This document shows positions 50,393 to 63,351 of a stretch of 64,000 nucleotides of DNA, piece by piece. A program made the position numbers and the translations under genes. The notes under the pieces were generated by a model. That model had not been told where the DNA came from and made no database searches. It worked only from the letters and a program-made list of their open reading frames with translations. How positions within the stretch are numbered: position 1 is the stretch's first letter; each line of letters starts with the position of its first letter. The DNA lies in contig JBLDXI010000009.1 in assembly GCA_047495785.1 (NCBI GenBank), forward strand, positions 2,542,001-2,606,000. Reading direction: 5' to 3'. The stretch is from Lepidodermella squamata. Lineage: Eukaryota > Animalia > Gastrotricha.

Positions 50393-52720
50393 ATGAAGTT
50401 CACGTTCATTTTTTTCGCGATTAGACTGAACCTATTGAACCCTGTTAATCCAAAGCCATATCGCCTTAGATTATTGGTTCTGACGCCGATTTACGGCTTC
50501 GACCTGACGCAAGCTCAGTCAACCGACCTTTTCGTCCACGAGTTCGCCAGCTGGATCAACAACAGAACTGACATACTGCCTGATTATCATCTAGAAATCG
50601 ACACTAGGGATGAGTTTCTGGGATATGACTCTGTTAACCAATTAATCGCCTTCAGACGTGACGAGGACCCAAGCCAAACCTATCAAGCCCCGATAATTAC
50701 TGGTGTTACTCTGTCGACGAGTTGCAAATCGCTCGGATCTGTTTTGCCTCACATGCATGCTGTCGCTGTAGCAGTGGTTTGCCAATCTCCAATATTCAGC
50801 GACCATAGTACCTACCCTAACTTATATCTATCTTCAAATACTGGAAAAACATCTGCGATCGCATTGCTTCATTTCATGAGAAATGTCGGGAAATGGAATA
50901 AGTTTGGAATTCTTGGCCAGGTTGGTTATATTTTCGACACAACAATGGGATTCTTTATGTATGAAAAAGCTACTGCTAACAACTTTTCGATCCCTTGGTT
51001 TCATTTCGCAACGGAAATCGGCAATGAAGTGATAACTGCCTTTAATGAATCTGGAGTTAGAATACTGCTCCTAACTCTTACGAGTCAAAATTCAATTGCA
51101 AAATTCTTTTGCGAAACATACAAAATGGGAATTACGGGCCCGAGATACGTTTTTCTGGTTCTATCGGCGGTTTTCACGCTGAACCCCGATTCGAAATGCT
51201 CACCTGAAGAAATGGCACTTCAATTACGCCAGACCTTCGCCTTTGGCTACATGTCTACACCTGACAATTTTTCGCGGCTAACTGAACTTGGATACACGCC
51301 TCAATTTCTTGTGGAAACAATGACGAGGCTGAATAATTCAACTAGCGACTATTTGAACGTATTCGACTCGCACGATGCTCTACTTCGAGTTGTTCTGGCC
51401 TTGAATGAAACGGAAAGGCGGCTGAACCTTTATCACAACTTGACTCTACGTGACTACAAGTCCTACCCGGAAGTTGTGATGAAAGAGGCGAATTATTCAG
51501 TATTTCATTCCAAGGTAACCGGCAGCCGGGTTGGGTTGACTTCATATGGCTCAAGGGGCCAGTTTATCGGCGATGTTCAAGCTATTTCCCAATGGTCACC
51601 GAAGCGAGGTATGCAGAACATAGTTTTGATTAGGCGGAAACCTAATAGTTCAGACGATTCAGACGAGTTCGAGCTTCGAAGCTATGGATCTGATGTTGTC
51701 AGACAGCCGGAATGGATATCTTCACAAGTTCCTAATGACAGCTCAACCGTTATTGTTAGGTTCTACAGATATCCGATCGCTGCGACTGGATTTATTCGGT
51801 TCTTAGTAACATCAGCTAGCCTAATCCAAATAGCAGGAATTATCGGCATTTTAACGAAAAAATTACGAATTACAGCTTTTCGAAGTTCGAAAATTCTCGC
51901 GATTCTCGGGTGCGTTATTCTGAACGCATCCTCGGCTTTTTTTATGATTGATCGAGAGGATAAATTTGTTTATTACGCTAAAGCCTCGGTAGCTGTTTTA
52001 CTGTTGGGATGCAGCATTCTGTTGTCATCGACCCTTTTGCGCGTAATACTCATTTATTATTCGATCCAAGCGAGAAATGTCCAGTTGAAGAGAAAACGAG
52101 CCAAGGCTGATAGGCTGAGCATGTACCGTTCATCTGCTTCTTCAAGAGCAGCAGTCGATCGAAACCATAGAATCACGAGTTTAGGTCGGGATGTTCTTTC
52201 CGGAATCGATTTCAAGGTTGTTAAGGCTACATTGGCTATTGCAACGATTGATTTTTCGATTTTGGTCGCTGTCTTCATTTTCACTGACATAAAATGCGAC
52301 GATATATTGCTCCACACTGATTTATCTGAGGGAGTTGATGAAATGGTGGAAATTTGGGCTGTCGACTGTTTTATAAGTGATAACTCTTACACGCCGAGCT
52401 GGTCGATGATGGGCCTTATCTTGAGCGAGTTGTTGCTCCTTGTCCTCGGTGCCTTGACGAGCCTGTCTATCATGAAGCAGATGAAGGTGAAAATTGTTGA
52501 ATTTTCGGCAATGAGTGCTACTGTTGTGGCTGCTGCTACGTTGTTACCAGCTGCGGCGGCTATAATCCTGGCTACGTCGCGCAATGCTTTAGTCCAACAA
52601 GCAGCTTTCGCATTTCTGTCAGTCATTTTTTCGATTGTAATGAGCGTTGCCGTTCTATTTCCTAGTTTGAAGGACAATGTTAGGGTGCAAAATTCAAGAC
52701 GTTTTAAACGAACTCGATAG
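50393..52720 (+). CDS. Intronless class C GPCR (GABA-B-receptor-like: Venus-flytrap domain plus 7TM, no cysteine-rich domain), paralogue 1
   Basis: INNRTDILPDYHL, SPIFSDHSTYPNLY, KW, ITGPRYVFL VFT hallmarks; seven hydrophobic helices ending VLFP. Confidence 0.85.
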   Translation: MKFTFIFFAIRLNLLNPVNPKPYRLRLLVLTPIYGFDLTQAQSTDLFVHEFASWINNRTDILPDYHLEIDTRDEFLGYDSVNQLIAFRRDEDPSQTYQAPIITGVTLSTSCKSLGSVLPHMHAVAVAVVCQSPIFSDHSTYPNLYLSSNTGKTSAIALLHFMRNVGKWNKFGILGQVGYIFDTTMGFFMYEKATANNFSIPWFHFATEIGNEVITAFNESGVRILLLTLTSQNSIAKFFCETYKMGITGPRYVFLVLSAVFTLNPDSKCSPEEMALQLRQTFAFGYMSTPDNFSRLTELGYTPQFLVETMTRLNNSTSDYLNVFDSHDALLRVVLALNETERRLNLYHNLTLRDYKSYPEVVMKEANYSVFHSKVTGSRVGLTSYGSRGQFIGDVQAISQWSPKRGMQNIVLIRRKPNSSDDSDEFELRSYGSDVVRQPEWISSQVPNDSSTVIVRFYRYPIAATGFIRFLVTSASLIQIAGIIGILTKKLRITAFRSSKILAILGCVILNASSAFFMIDREDKFVYYAKASVAVLLLGCSILLSSTLLRVILIYYSIQARNVQLKRKRAKADRLSMYRSSASSRAAVDRNHRITSLGRDVLSGIDFKVVKATLAIATIDFSILVAVFIFTDIKCDDILLHTDLSEGVDEMVEIWAVDCFISDNSYTPSWSMMGLILSELLLLVLGALTSLSIMKQMKVKIVEFSAMSATVVAAATLLPAAAAIILATSRNALVQQAAFAFLSVIFSIVMSVAVLFPSLKDNVRVQNSRRFKRTR

Positions 52721-53312
52721 TTCGTGAAACTTGATGGAACATCAGTTTCGAATTTCTACTAGTTCTATTCCAAATTTTAGTGGAATAATTTTTCAATAAA
52801 TTAGTTTTAATTGTGCCGTAAAAAAGCTCTTGTTAAAACCCTTCTTTTTCGTGTCCGAAAAATTTAGGAAAAATTATAAAAAATAATTACATTTCAGAAT
52901 ATACATAATGTAATTTTGGACAATATATATATTTTATTGTTATAAACAACAAAAGCCCGCTGTTATTTATAAATAACAGTTGCCATAACGACACTGGAGT
53001 GACTAGAATTTCTTTGGATATGTGTTTTAAGGTTAAGGATTATTTCATTTAACGGGTTCGTAGAGGAAAGAATTAATCATCTTGCTGCTGCGATAGGCTA
53101 TTTCCGAAAGGATTCGATGGATGGTCGGTCTGCCGATTCCTAAATTGCGCAATGCGTCCACTGCCGGCTTGCAAATCGAGGCGCGAGATCCGAAATATAA
53201 CCCCAGGACGGTTATCTTTTTCAGCTGGAATTAGGAATTTGAACCAATTTTTTGACATTAAGCCCACTGGGGGAATCCTCCATCCTTTAACCACGATTTT
53301 ACAGAAAAATTA

Positions 53313-53552
53313 GAAATTTACCGGAGAAAGCCCTGAAAACCCCGATGTTAACTGGTTCGGTAATTTTCGGTTTTTACCTGGTTGACACAAATTTCTTCGG
53401 AATTTTTTAATCTCATTCACAGGAGACATACTTGATCAGTATTCTTATGGCATTTTAGATTTATCTAAAAATTTTCTTGTCATGAGATAATGACTTCCCC
53501 TTTCATTTTGGAGTTTCTGATTCCTTTTCCGTGCATTCCTTTTGTTTGCGTT
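53313..53552 (+). repeat. Diverged copy of the repeat at 36040-36270
   Basis: Colinear shared blocks. Confidence 0.75.
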
Positions 53553-54023
53553 ACTTATGTAAGATGTTGCCCATTCTCAAGATAGGATCAAGATAGGTAA
53601 TGAAATAATTTTGACCTTTGACCTTTGAAAACTTTGACCTCTCCTGAACCGGATTCTAGGCGACTATATTTTAATTTTTCACCTGTTGATCGCGATAGCA
53701 GTTGCGAATAACCCATTTTTTTATTTCAAAATTTGCTGACGGTCCCTAATATTTTGACCTAATAAAATGATTATTCATGTGCTCTCCTTTGTCCTCGCTT
53801 TTCAGTTCAAAGCAAATTTTAATTGAAGGCGCGTGCTTCCACCACGCTATATTGTGGAATGATGAATCTTGACTCCTGGCTGCACGTCTTAAACTTAAGG
53901 ATCAATGCTGCGAAAAACTTGTCTTCGATATACAAAGCGAGATAGCTAATTATACAACAACCTTAGCTCTTAGTCGCAGTTGACATAATTTTTCCAACCA
54001 AAATTTCAATCGCTAAAAATAAA

Positions 54024-56306
54024 ATGAAATTAGTCAGCATTTTAATCCTCATCTTGACAGTCTTGGCGAGGCCAGTCTTTCCTAAGCCCTATCGTCTTCG
54101 AATCCTACTCTTATCGCCGATTTTCGGCATTGACCCGGTTCAGAACAAGGCCACAGAATTCTTCATCGCCGACTTCCTAGCTATGATCAACAACCGAACC
54201 GACATTCTGCCCGACTACGACATCGAGTTGGAACGACGCGACGAATTTATCGGATTCAACGCAGTGAAAAACCTGGTTACCTTCCGCCGGGATGCTGCCA
54301 GCATACCAGCTGGAACTTACCAAGCCCCCATCGCAACAGGATTTGCATTTTCGTCCGGGTGCAAATCAGCCGGGCCTGTTTTGCCGTACCTGGACCTTGT
54401 TGGTCTAGCTGTCGTCTGCCAGTCACCGATTTTCAGCGATCGAACCCCGAATCCGAACCTTTATCACACACTGAGTACAGGTAAGACCTCCGCAGTCGCC
54501 CTGCTGCATTTCATACGAAATATCGGGAAATGGAACCGATTCGGGATTATCGGGCAGGTCGGTTCGACTTTCGATACTACTATGGGTTTCTTTCTATTTG
54601 ACAAGGCAACGGAAAATAATTTCACGGTTCCTTGGTTCAATTTTGTAACTGACATCGACGCAGCAGTGGTCAGTGACTTCAAAGATTCAGGGGTTAGAAT
54701 TTTAGTGTCAACCCTCGGCAGCCAAATCGCTGTAGCGCAACTGCTATGTGAGGCCTTCAAAGTTGGGATAACAGGGCCTAAATACGTTTTTCTCGTCAAT
54801 TCCGCCTCTTTCAGCCCGAATCCGTCGTCCGGGTGCCCGGTTGAAGTGATGCTAACGCAACTCAAGCAAACGTTTGTTTTCGGTTACCTAGCAACGCCTG
54901 ATAATTTTACCAGGGTGACTGATCTTGGGTACACGCCGCAATTTATCGACGATCGAATGAGCCGTTTAACCAGCTCTCGGGGTGATTTTATCGGAATTTA
55001 CGGATTTCACGATGGTTTAATTCGCGTCCTAATTACATTGAATGATACCGAGAACCGATTGAAGCTGAAGTACAACTTGACATTACGTGACTACAACCTA
55101 TACCCAGGCTTAACAATGCGAGAGGCTAACAGTTCGATTTTGAACTCGAAGGTAACAGGACTTCGAGTCGGCTTGACATCATACGGGTTGAAGGGACAAG
55201 TCATTGGAGACATTCAGGCCGTATCGCAGTGGTCACCAAACAACGGGATGACCACTATTGTTTTGATTAAGCAAAATCTGAAGGCTGACTCGGATGAATT
55301 CGCTTTCAACACTTTCTCCCTCGATAACTTGAACCAGCCGGCCTGGATTGCAGACAAAGCTCCGTTCGATAGCCCTGTTCTCAAGGTTATCGAATCTAAG
55401 ATCTCGCTCGAAGCTTTTGGCCTTATTTGGTTTCTAATAGCGGCGACAAGCTTGTTTCAATTCGGAGGGATACTTCTTGTCATTATGAAACGAAAAGTTG
55501 TGAATTTCGGCTCTTCGAAATTGATCGGTTTGGCTGGATCAATCGTTTTGAACTCAGCATCAGGGTGCTTTTCGTTTGATAGAACTGCTGGTAGTAGTTA
55601 TCTCGCAGCTTTTTCCATTACCCTAGCGATCTTTGGCAGTAGCGTTATCTTCATCACCTCAGCTTTAAGGATTATTTTCACCTATTTCAGCATTCGTAAA
55701 ATGAACTCGTTTCGAAAGAAATCTAGCCACCATACCTCGGCGAATTTCGCTTCAGGGAACTCGGTGGCTCACGCCGAGTTGGATCCAGCAACTTTGACTC
55801 AAATAGACAGGTCAACAATGAAAGCTGGTTGTGTTTCGGCTGGGGTAAATCTCGCAATTTTGGTCGCTTTTCTCGCAAGTAACAACATGAAATGCTTCGA
55901 TGAGCTGCTAAGCTCTAGTTACTTCGAATCAATCGATGAAGTTGTGGAAATTTGGCATGTTCAATGTGCGATGAGCCGCGAATATTCATCAATCGGTTGG
56001 TTCTTACTGAGTTTCATCGCCGCTGAGGCAATGGCATTTCTATTAATTGCTCTGTTGAGCATCGTACAGATGAAGCATCTGAAGGTCGGGGTCGTCGAAT
56101 TTGCGGCCATGAGTATTGGGGTGATATCATCGAGTACCCTTCTGCCGGCTAGTATTGTTATTCTTCTAGCGACTTCGAATAATACCGTTGTCCAGCAAAC
56201 TGCAGCAGCTTTTCTGACGGTTGGGGTTTCATTGGCGACTGGCGTTCCGCTGATTTATCCGACTTTCCCCCATCGAAATGGGCAACGACGCAGTTCTGAA
56301 TTCTGA
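54024..56306 (+). CDS. Intronless class C GPCR (GABA-B-receptor-like), paralogue 2
   Basis: Signal peptide, INNRTDILPDYDI, SPIFSDRTPNPNLY, ITGPKYVFL, 7TM; colinear with paralogue 1. Confidence 0.85.
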   Translation: MKLVSILILILTVLARPVFPKPYRLRILLLSPIFGIDPVQNKATEFFIADFLAMINNRTDILPDYDIELERRDEFIGFNAVKNLVTFRRDAASIPAGTYQAPIATGFAFSSGCKSAGPVLPYLDLVGLAVVCQSPIFSDRTPNPNLYHTLSTGKTSAVALLHFIRNIGKWNRFGIIGQVGSTFDTTMGFFLFDKATENNFTVPWFNFVTDIDAAVVSDFKDSGVRILVSTLGSQIAVAQLLCEAFKVGITGPKYVFLVNSASFSPNPSSGCPVEVMLTQLKQTFVFGYLATPDNFTRVTDLGYTPQFIDDRMSRLTSSRGDFIGIYGFHDGLIRVLITLNDTENRLKLKYNLTLRDYNLYPGLTMREANSSILNSKVTGLRVGLTSYGLKGQVIGDIQAVSQWSPNNGMTTIVLIKQNLKADSDEFAFNTFSLDNLNQPAWIADKAPFDSPVLKVIESKISLEAFGLIWFLIAATSLFQFGGILLVIMKRKVVNFGSSKLIGLAGSIVLNSASGCFSFDRTAGSSYLAAFSITLAIFGSSVIFITSALRIIFTYFSIRKMNSFRKKSSHHTSANFASGNSVAHAELDPATLTQIDRSTMKAGCVSAGVNLAILVAFLASNNMKCFDELLSSSYFESIDEVVEIWHVQCAMSREYSSIGWFLLSFIAAEAMAFLLIALLSIVQMKHLKVGVVEFAAMSIGVISSSTLLPASIVILLATSNNTVVQQTAAAFLTVGVSLATGVPLIYPTFPHRNGQRRSSEF

Positions 56307-57510
56307 AAAATCTGAGAAACAAATTCAGCAAAAAACCTGATATTGTTGTGAAAATTAAGGAGGCAGCTGCATAATTTCATAATATCAAAAATTAATTTAA
56401 TATTAATTTATTTTGATTGCTCCTTAGTGTCTGTTAAGTTTCCAAATCATTTAGGCCTTTGAAGGCTCCCTAATATTAATTATTTATAAATATAAAAATA
56501 GTCATAAAAATTAGCTGATTATTGATACACTTTTTTACTAATAAAGCTACCAAATAATAGTAGCCCAGAGGGTAGAAGGATAAAAAGCTAGTTCGAAAAC
56601 AGAAAAAATGAAGGATTCAACACATGAATTTTTCGAAATTTCGAGGTCGAAATTTTAGTACCCTTGAAAACAAATATGGTGATTACAATCACGATTACGC
56701 CGTACGCCGTACACTCAAGGATTTTCTATGGTAATTTATCTGGATTTTAAATAAACGTTAAAGATTTATCAACAAGAAATAATTAATCATAAATAATTAA
56801 TCTCACCCAAAAATCGGGATGAGTGGCAGTTTCTATGCCTTACTCTAGAGAATTATGAATTTTCGGGAACAAGCAGGCTGTTTGCAACCGAGCCGTCGGA
56901 CTCGAGCTGATGATCGTCCGTCGCCGTCCCCAAAACCCGCAAGGGTATAAATGTTGTTGACCTCTTTGTTCTTCAACTGGTGGACGAAAAAATAAAACTT
57001 CATTTTGGTCTCACGCAAAAATGCTGAAAAATGCTTTTTTACGGCCAATGTAATATTCAAAAGTTGAGCCCGCTTCTAGTCGAGTTTGGTTTTCCGCCCA
57101 AGCGGTAGGGATAATAAAACTGTGATCTCTACGAACCATTATTGTATATTAGTTTTGCGCTCGGTCAGGCATATGATTGTAGGATTATCCCACGGTTATC
57201 AGCTCAAAACTTTTTCCGTCTCTTCTAAGGTCCCTAGCACAGCCAAAAATGCGTGGACGGTAGTCGCAACCGCATATAGTCCCTAGTCAGTCACCCGATT
57301 ATTTTATTGCGATGTACATACTCTTCTGATTGCCAATATCAAATACCGCCGCGTCAAAGCGTGTGTCCGAACAAATGTCGGTGCACACGCACTTTATTTT
57401 GAACGCTTTAATCCTGCGACATGTCAAAAGTCGGTAAAAAATATGAAGCCAAATTTTTAATTCGGAAATCAACACAACATAATAGCAAAATAAATAATTC
57501 ATTACGATAG

Positions 57511-60500
57511 TCATCCCATTTTTTGATAGTCGAATTGCTGTGAACTCACTGACGTCCTAATTCCGACAGGCTCGTGCCCACTGGAAATAGACGTCGAAGG
57601 CGTCGCTTTCTCCACGATAACCTCAGGCAACTCTACGATATCCGCTTTCAAAGTTTCAACAGAGCGAGTCGCGTTGAAAGAATCACTCGACGCCGATTTT
57701 TTCATATCAGGCGTATTAGACCCGCCGGAATCGTTTGAAGCCACAACCTCCTGCACGGCTAACAGGGTCCTGGCCGCTAGGGTTAACTCAGGGTCGTCGT
57801 CTGAAGAGACTGAAACAGCTCTCAGCCGACGAATCACCCTAGGCCCAAGAGCTCGAGCAGATGATTCCTCCGCCTCGGCCAAGGCATTACTGATTTGATG
57901 CCGGCCAGGCGTGGCAGTTCCAGGACCGCCTAAGCTCATATTACTCCAGGTATCAACCCGTTGCCGGAACCCTGTTTGATTACCGCTGGAGTTGAGGCGA
58001 TTCTCAAAGTCTCGCATTATATCCATTAAAGCACTCTGCCTTATCATGATTTTCTCAACGGCTGATTGAACGGCTTCCATTCGATCGGCGGCATTTCGCA
58101 TTTGATCCTCAGCGGTTGGTTTCGATTTTTCTGTTTCCTTCTGTTCCAGGTACTCATCTCGAGCTTGCTCCTCGAAATCGTGGAGGGACGCGACGTCTTG
58201 TTGGCTGAGGACAATCTTCAGTAAACCAGGATCGCGAGCTCTGGGCGCCTTATCCCTACAAATTCGAAGCAACCATTTCGAAGCCATGTAAATATGGGAG
58301 AAAATGATCAAAGGCGGTGGCAGGATCGGTAAAACCTGGTAGTCGACAATCAATCGGTATCGCTGGAACCGGATTAAAGTCTTCGAAATTCGGTTAACCT
58401 TCTCGAAAACTGAATTAAAAACAGCGATTAAAAGGTTCAGCATCAAAATATTCGCGATAATTAGGTAGATAGCTTGGCCTAAGGGTCCGAGCCAGGTGCA
58501 GCACCAACACGGCGGGTTGTCAGGGTCTGTCGAGTTGCTGTAAGGACTGCAGGTCCCAGTATCGACATATTCGTGATAAACCTCGCCGTAAAGATTCAGG
58601 TAAGGCTCGACCCATATGTCCTTGAGAATCGCCCAATCAGGATCTCGAAACGGGAACCGGGTTGCTTGCAGGACAATACCATAAGTTCCGACTACAACAC
58701 CGAGAATTATAAGAAAAGTCACCATTCGCTTGAACATTTTCTGAAGAATCATGATATATAAGGCTAAATCACTGTTTGCTTGGAAGATGTCGAAAACATG
58801 GATGAGGAAGAAGACGATCGAGGTGATCCAAAGAGCCCGGCTTGTCTGAAATGTCTCCTCGAAGTACCGCATTGAAAGGCCAATCAAAAACAGGGCAATT
58901 CCGATCATGTCGAACATATTCCACACATCTAGAAAGTAGATTTCGAGCCGAACGAAAAACCAACGGGCGTCAATCGATCCTATTTCTCGGATTTTGTCAA
59001 TGGCCAAAGTTCCAACGTAGGCGATGATGTAACGCTCTGGCCAGGCAGCGTAGTGGATTAGGGATTTAGTCAAGATTGTATAACTGAAGCAGACAATGAA
59101 AACGACGTAGGCGAGCTGGAAATAACATCAGTTTCATTGAAAAATTTACTAATTATTATTGGGTGTGCCAAGTGCGCACCCTAAAACTAGGGTTCCAGCA
59201 CTAAATTTGAGACTACAGCACTATATTTCCCTTAAATGTCTTCTCTGGAATCTCAATTTTATCATGCCTAAAAGATAGATCTTCATATTAAGCGTATTTA
59301 GCACTATGAGCGGTCAGTTAATGAGTTTTACTTCAGCCCGCAGAGCCGATATCGATTCCAAGTATCGATTTTACAAATCAGTGATTTTTCCGATATCAGA
59401 TATCGTGGAACCCAACATCGATAATTTTCCTACGTGGCTTAGGGCACCAGTTAGCTAAAATAAAAAATCCCAAGTTCAGGGAGTGCATCAGTATCGATGC
59501 AAACACAAAAACGCCGAAATTGCAAGGAATGGGAAAAATTTAGTGCTAGGACGGTTAAATATTTAGTGCTGGAAACTCATTTTTAGTGGTGCAAAAATTT
59601 GTTATTATTATTTTACCGTGTGATACCAAAATTTCGTGACAGGGGCGTTGTAAAATTCGTATAATTTCATCTTCGTGGTGAGCTGAGTTCCGAATTTTGC
59701 CGCCATCGTTCCCCCCATTTGTCGGAATCTAGAGCGGCCGAATCTCTTCTGAGCAGAAAATTTTGAATCTTCTGACTCAATTCGCACCATTCTCGGTGGT
59801 TGTAGATTCGCCGGGTTTGGATTGACAATAGAGACTTTAGGTTCAACTTGATCGCCGTTAATTGAAGTCGCGGCCTGGTTAAAATTTGGAGGCATTGTCA
59901 CAGGTTGAGTTATAGTTGTAGCGTAAGCTCGGCCAGAATTTCGGAAGCTGCTGCTCATAGGCCCACCGGGGACACTATAAAATCGGGTTAAACTCTCCCT
60001 AATCGGAGCCGCGGTCCCATCCTCGGTGAAATAAACGCTTGGACCACCAGTCGGTGTCAAGATGCCACTTGTCTCGCGATCGGCAATCTGGCTTTGAAGG
60101 CGATCTTCAATTTCTGCCTCAGTCTGCGGTTGGAGACTCAATTCCTCCAATGAAAGGTAATCCAAGCCAAAAATCGCGTAAAAAGGGAAAAATATTCCGA
60201 ACAAAATTTTCCAAGGTCTAGTTGACCTAACCCTTAGACCGCCCATCCACAGCACGTCTAAAAGGTGTTGGCAACACGGATGGGCGACAAGCTGCTTATG
60301 ATTCGAGGTAACAGCTAGGCTCAAACAAGTTTTCTGGCTGAAGTTCGACAGTTCATAGGTCAGCAGCTGCTGGCTCATCACTTCATCCAAGTCGTGAGAA
60401 CGCTCGAGTAGACCAATGGCGAGGTCTGAAAATTCGCGGCCGTTTTCCTTGATTTGATTAAGCGTCTCGGAGGCTACGTCATAGCGAAGAAAATCGGCCA

Positions 60501-63351
60501 TTCCGCGGTGGAGGCGGCAGGCGACTAACGATTTGGCGAGCATCTCTTCACCCTGGGTGCACAGAAGCTTGGCCATGTTGTGGCGCTGCATCAGTACAGC
60601 CCAGATCATGAGCTCAGAGAAAGGATAGCAAAACCGATCAGGGTCATCGTTTGGAACCTATATTATATTAGATATATTAAATATATTATCGAGTTTAATT
60701 CATTGTTTTAATACTTCATCGTAAAATTATCCCCTAATAGTCTTAGTTAGCCAAAAATGTTAAAATTGCCAAAAATCTAAAAAAAGTTAGAAGGAATAGA
60801 ATTCTCAAAATGTACAGAGAATTCAGGAATGACCCTTTCCATCTTAGACTGGCATTTCATTGTATTTCTTTGTTTTCCGAAGCTGATTTTCAATATCAGG
60901 AACCTTGGGAACCTTGAACCTTGGGAACCTTGAACCTCAGGAACTTTAAGCCTTAAGAACCTTATGAACCTGAGGCATTGGGAACCTTAGGAACCCTGAA
61001 CTTCGGGAACTTTAGAACCAAGGATTTTGTACAATCCTTGAGTTCTATATTTTCCCCTTATATTAATGCATCAATTTTGTTTCTATGGTTTACGATTAGG
61101 TAAAAGTGTACCTGAATTGGAGGGCTATTGCTGCCCTGGAAGAACGATTGCCTTGACGAGTTAAGAAACGATTGCCTACGATGAAGCTGATGTCGCGCTC
61201 TACTACGGTACCACGACCTGTAACCGAACCCCATCAGCGCATCTATGGTTGCGCCAACGTCCGCAAGTGTAATTCTCGTGGAGACATGTCGTCCTGCCAA
61301 GAGCCTAGCAGCGTCTCTAAGGAACCAAGAATCCGAATGCTTCATGTTATAAAGCTGTTCGAGACGGTCATATGTTAATACATCGGTCATGTTAACGCCT
61401 TGATTCAGCATGAGCTTAACAAATTCGACTCGGTCCATAAGGAGAGCTTCAATAATAGCCTCGTTTAGCGCTCCTTCCGGCCAAATCTGGCCATCAGTGA
61501 AAATTTCCTTCGTCGCCAAATCGACACGGTTCCAAGCTAGGGCTAGACGTAACTGCTCGGGGGCTGTTCGTTGTTTAGCTCGAAGAAGAGCGCTAAGAAC
61601 GGTGACGTCGAGTTCGTTCTGAGTGGCCACAGCATCAGGGGCCGACCAAACGGTGACAAGTTTTCGCCGGGTCGTGCATAGGACCACTTCATTCAATAGC
61701 GACTTGTTACGCCGAGCTAAAGCTCCGAACATCTGCTCGATCTTCATAGACAACATGTCCCGATCAGGTTCTTCAAGCGTGCCACTGCTTTCACTGAGCT
61801 GGAAAATCGGAAAAAAGATAGGGTTTAAAATTGAGCTAATCCGAATTCCGACTATTTGCACCACTAAAATTGGGGGTTACAGCATTAAATTTGAGCATTC
61901 TAAAACTATATTTTTCATATTTTTGCGATTTCGAATTGTTCTTTTCTTTTTTGACAGTTGCCCAGCCTATTTGTAAGGGAAATTTTATGTTAGCCCATTT
62001 GTTGCATGAACATTTTTCATTATTGGTTGATGTCGGAAATCGTTGATTTTGAAAATCGATAACAAAATCGATAAAACTTAATTTCAACTGAAAAATTTAC
62101 CGATCTTGGCGAAAAATATGGAGATCCTAAAAGAAATTACAGCAATGGCAATACAAAATGAGGTTCCAGGCTTGGAAATCCCATTTCCATAGTTTGGGGA
62201 AACTCAGCGCTGAAACCCGAAATTCAGATTATTCGACTATTTCATGTCCTCGGTTTTGAGGGCAAAGATTCGGTTTCGAAATAAAAAATAGGTAACTCGA
62301 AATTTTATGATGAATTCAAAATTTCAAAATTTCAATTAAAATTTCAAAATAATAATAATTCATAATAAACTCATGCTAAAATCCTGCGTTCGAGGTATAT
62401 AAGCATCCCTTCGAACCAAGCTTCATTGTAATTTCTTGGAAAAATTCGGGAAATTGCTACTGGGCATATTTTGATTTTGAGCCCAATTTAGTCCCGCTCT
62501 TTTGCTAATTTCAGCATTATAAGTATTCTGCTGATTAATCAGAATAGAGAAATCACACCTGCATGGCCATGGTGAGCACATCAGCCGCTCGTCCACTATC
62601 CGCTATAACGACAATCGGTTTCGCATCAGTCAGCAGGTAGTCGACAGCTAAACGAATGCAGTGAGCTCCACCCTCGACGAAAATTGAAATCAAAGGCGCC
62701 GTATGCGGCTCGGCTGTATCGCTCGAAATTTCACTTTCGAACTCCTGACGCCATTTAACCTCCTGGCCATACTTGCCCATTGTCCCGTCATCGACTAGCA
62801 GGAAAATTGAATGGTTCGGGTTGAGGACATTCGCCCCGCTGGCTGTTGTAGGCGGGTAGTACTGGACGTCGGCATTTCGACCAGCGAGCCGGTGTCGCCC
62901 GGCAATCACACCCCACGGCGCGATTCCAATTACTACAGCCCTATTACGACGTAGCACCCCGGCTGTCAAAGCATCGCCGACTTGCTTAGCAACTCCGATA
63001 TTAAGGCCGCTAGTGATAATCCAGCAACCCGGAACGGCAGCCATACGTTGAAGGGAGCGGCGAAACGCTCGTTTAACCCGCGGTGGCAGGTCGAAATTGT
63101 TCATTCCGCCCTGAATTGAAATGACGAGTTTAGGCGGATCGGCGCCCCAATGTTCGGTGAGCAGCCGCACGACATCGGATGGCTTGGTCGCAGGGTTCAT
63201 TCGAAGGTATTGCGCGTGGACCCCGGTTCCGAACTCGACGGAGCCGTAGCAGTCGGTTGGGAAGGCTACGGTGTGTTTGCGCCACGACCACGTGCCGACC
63301 GGCCACGCTGAAGCCGGGTCGTGGGCTGATCTGTCGCGACCGCAACCGCAC
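57511..63351 (-). CDS. TRPM cation channel (TRPM1/3/7, gon-2-like; no kinase domain), 5' end not located. Exons 63351-62559, 61798-61112, 60657-59617, 59115-57511
   Basis: MHR motifs CGCG, PTDCYG, PKLVISIQGG, WIITSGLNIGV, LNPNHSIFLLVDDG, LALAWNRVDLA, LMIWAVL, FYNAPVTKFW; pore YGEVY; NILMLNLLIAVFN; FQRY..LPPP; C-terminal coiled coil. Confidence 0.95.
59173..59593. mobile_element. Degenerate MITE-like element in a TRPM intron; related terminus at ~61857-61910
   Basis: GCACCCTAAAACTAGGGTTCCAGCACTAAAT ... ATTTAGTGCTGGAAACTCATTTTTAGTGGTGC imperfect inverted ends. Confidence 0.5.
60898..61022. repeat. Imperfect tandem repeat of (G)GAACCTT(G) in a TRPM intron
   Basis: About a dozen degenerate GAACCT/GAACTT units. 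Confidence 0.8.
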
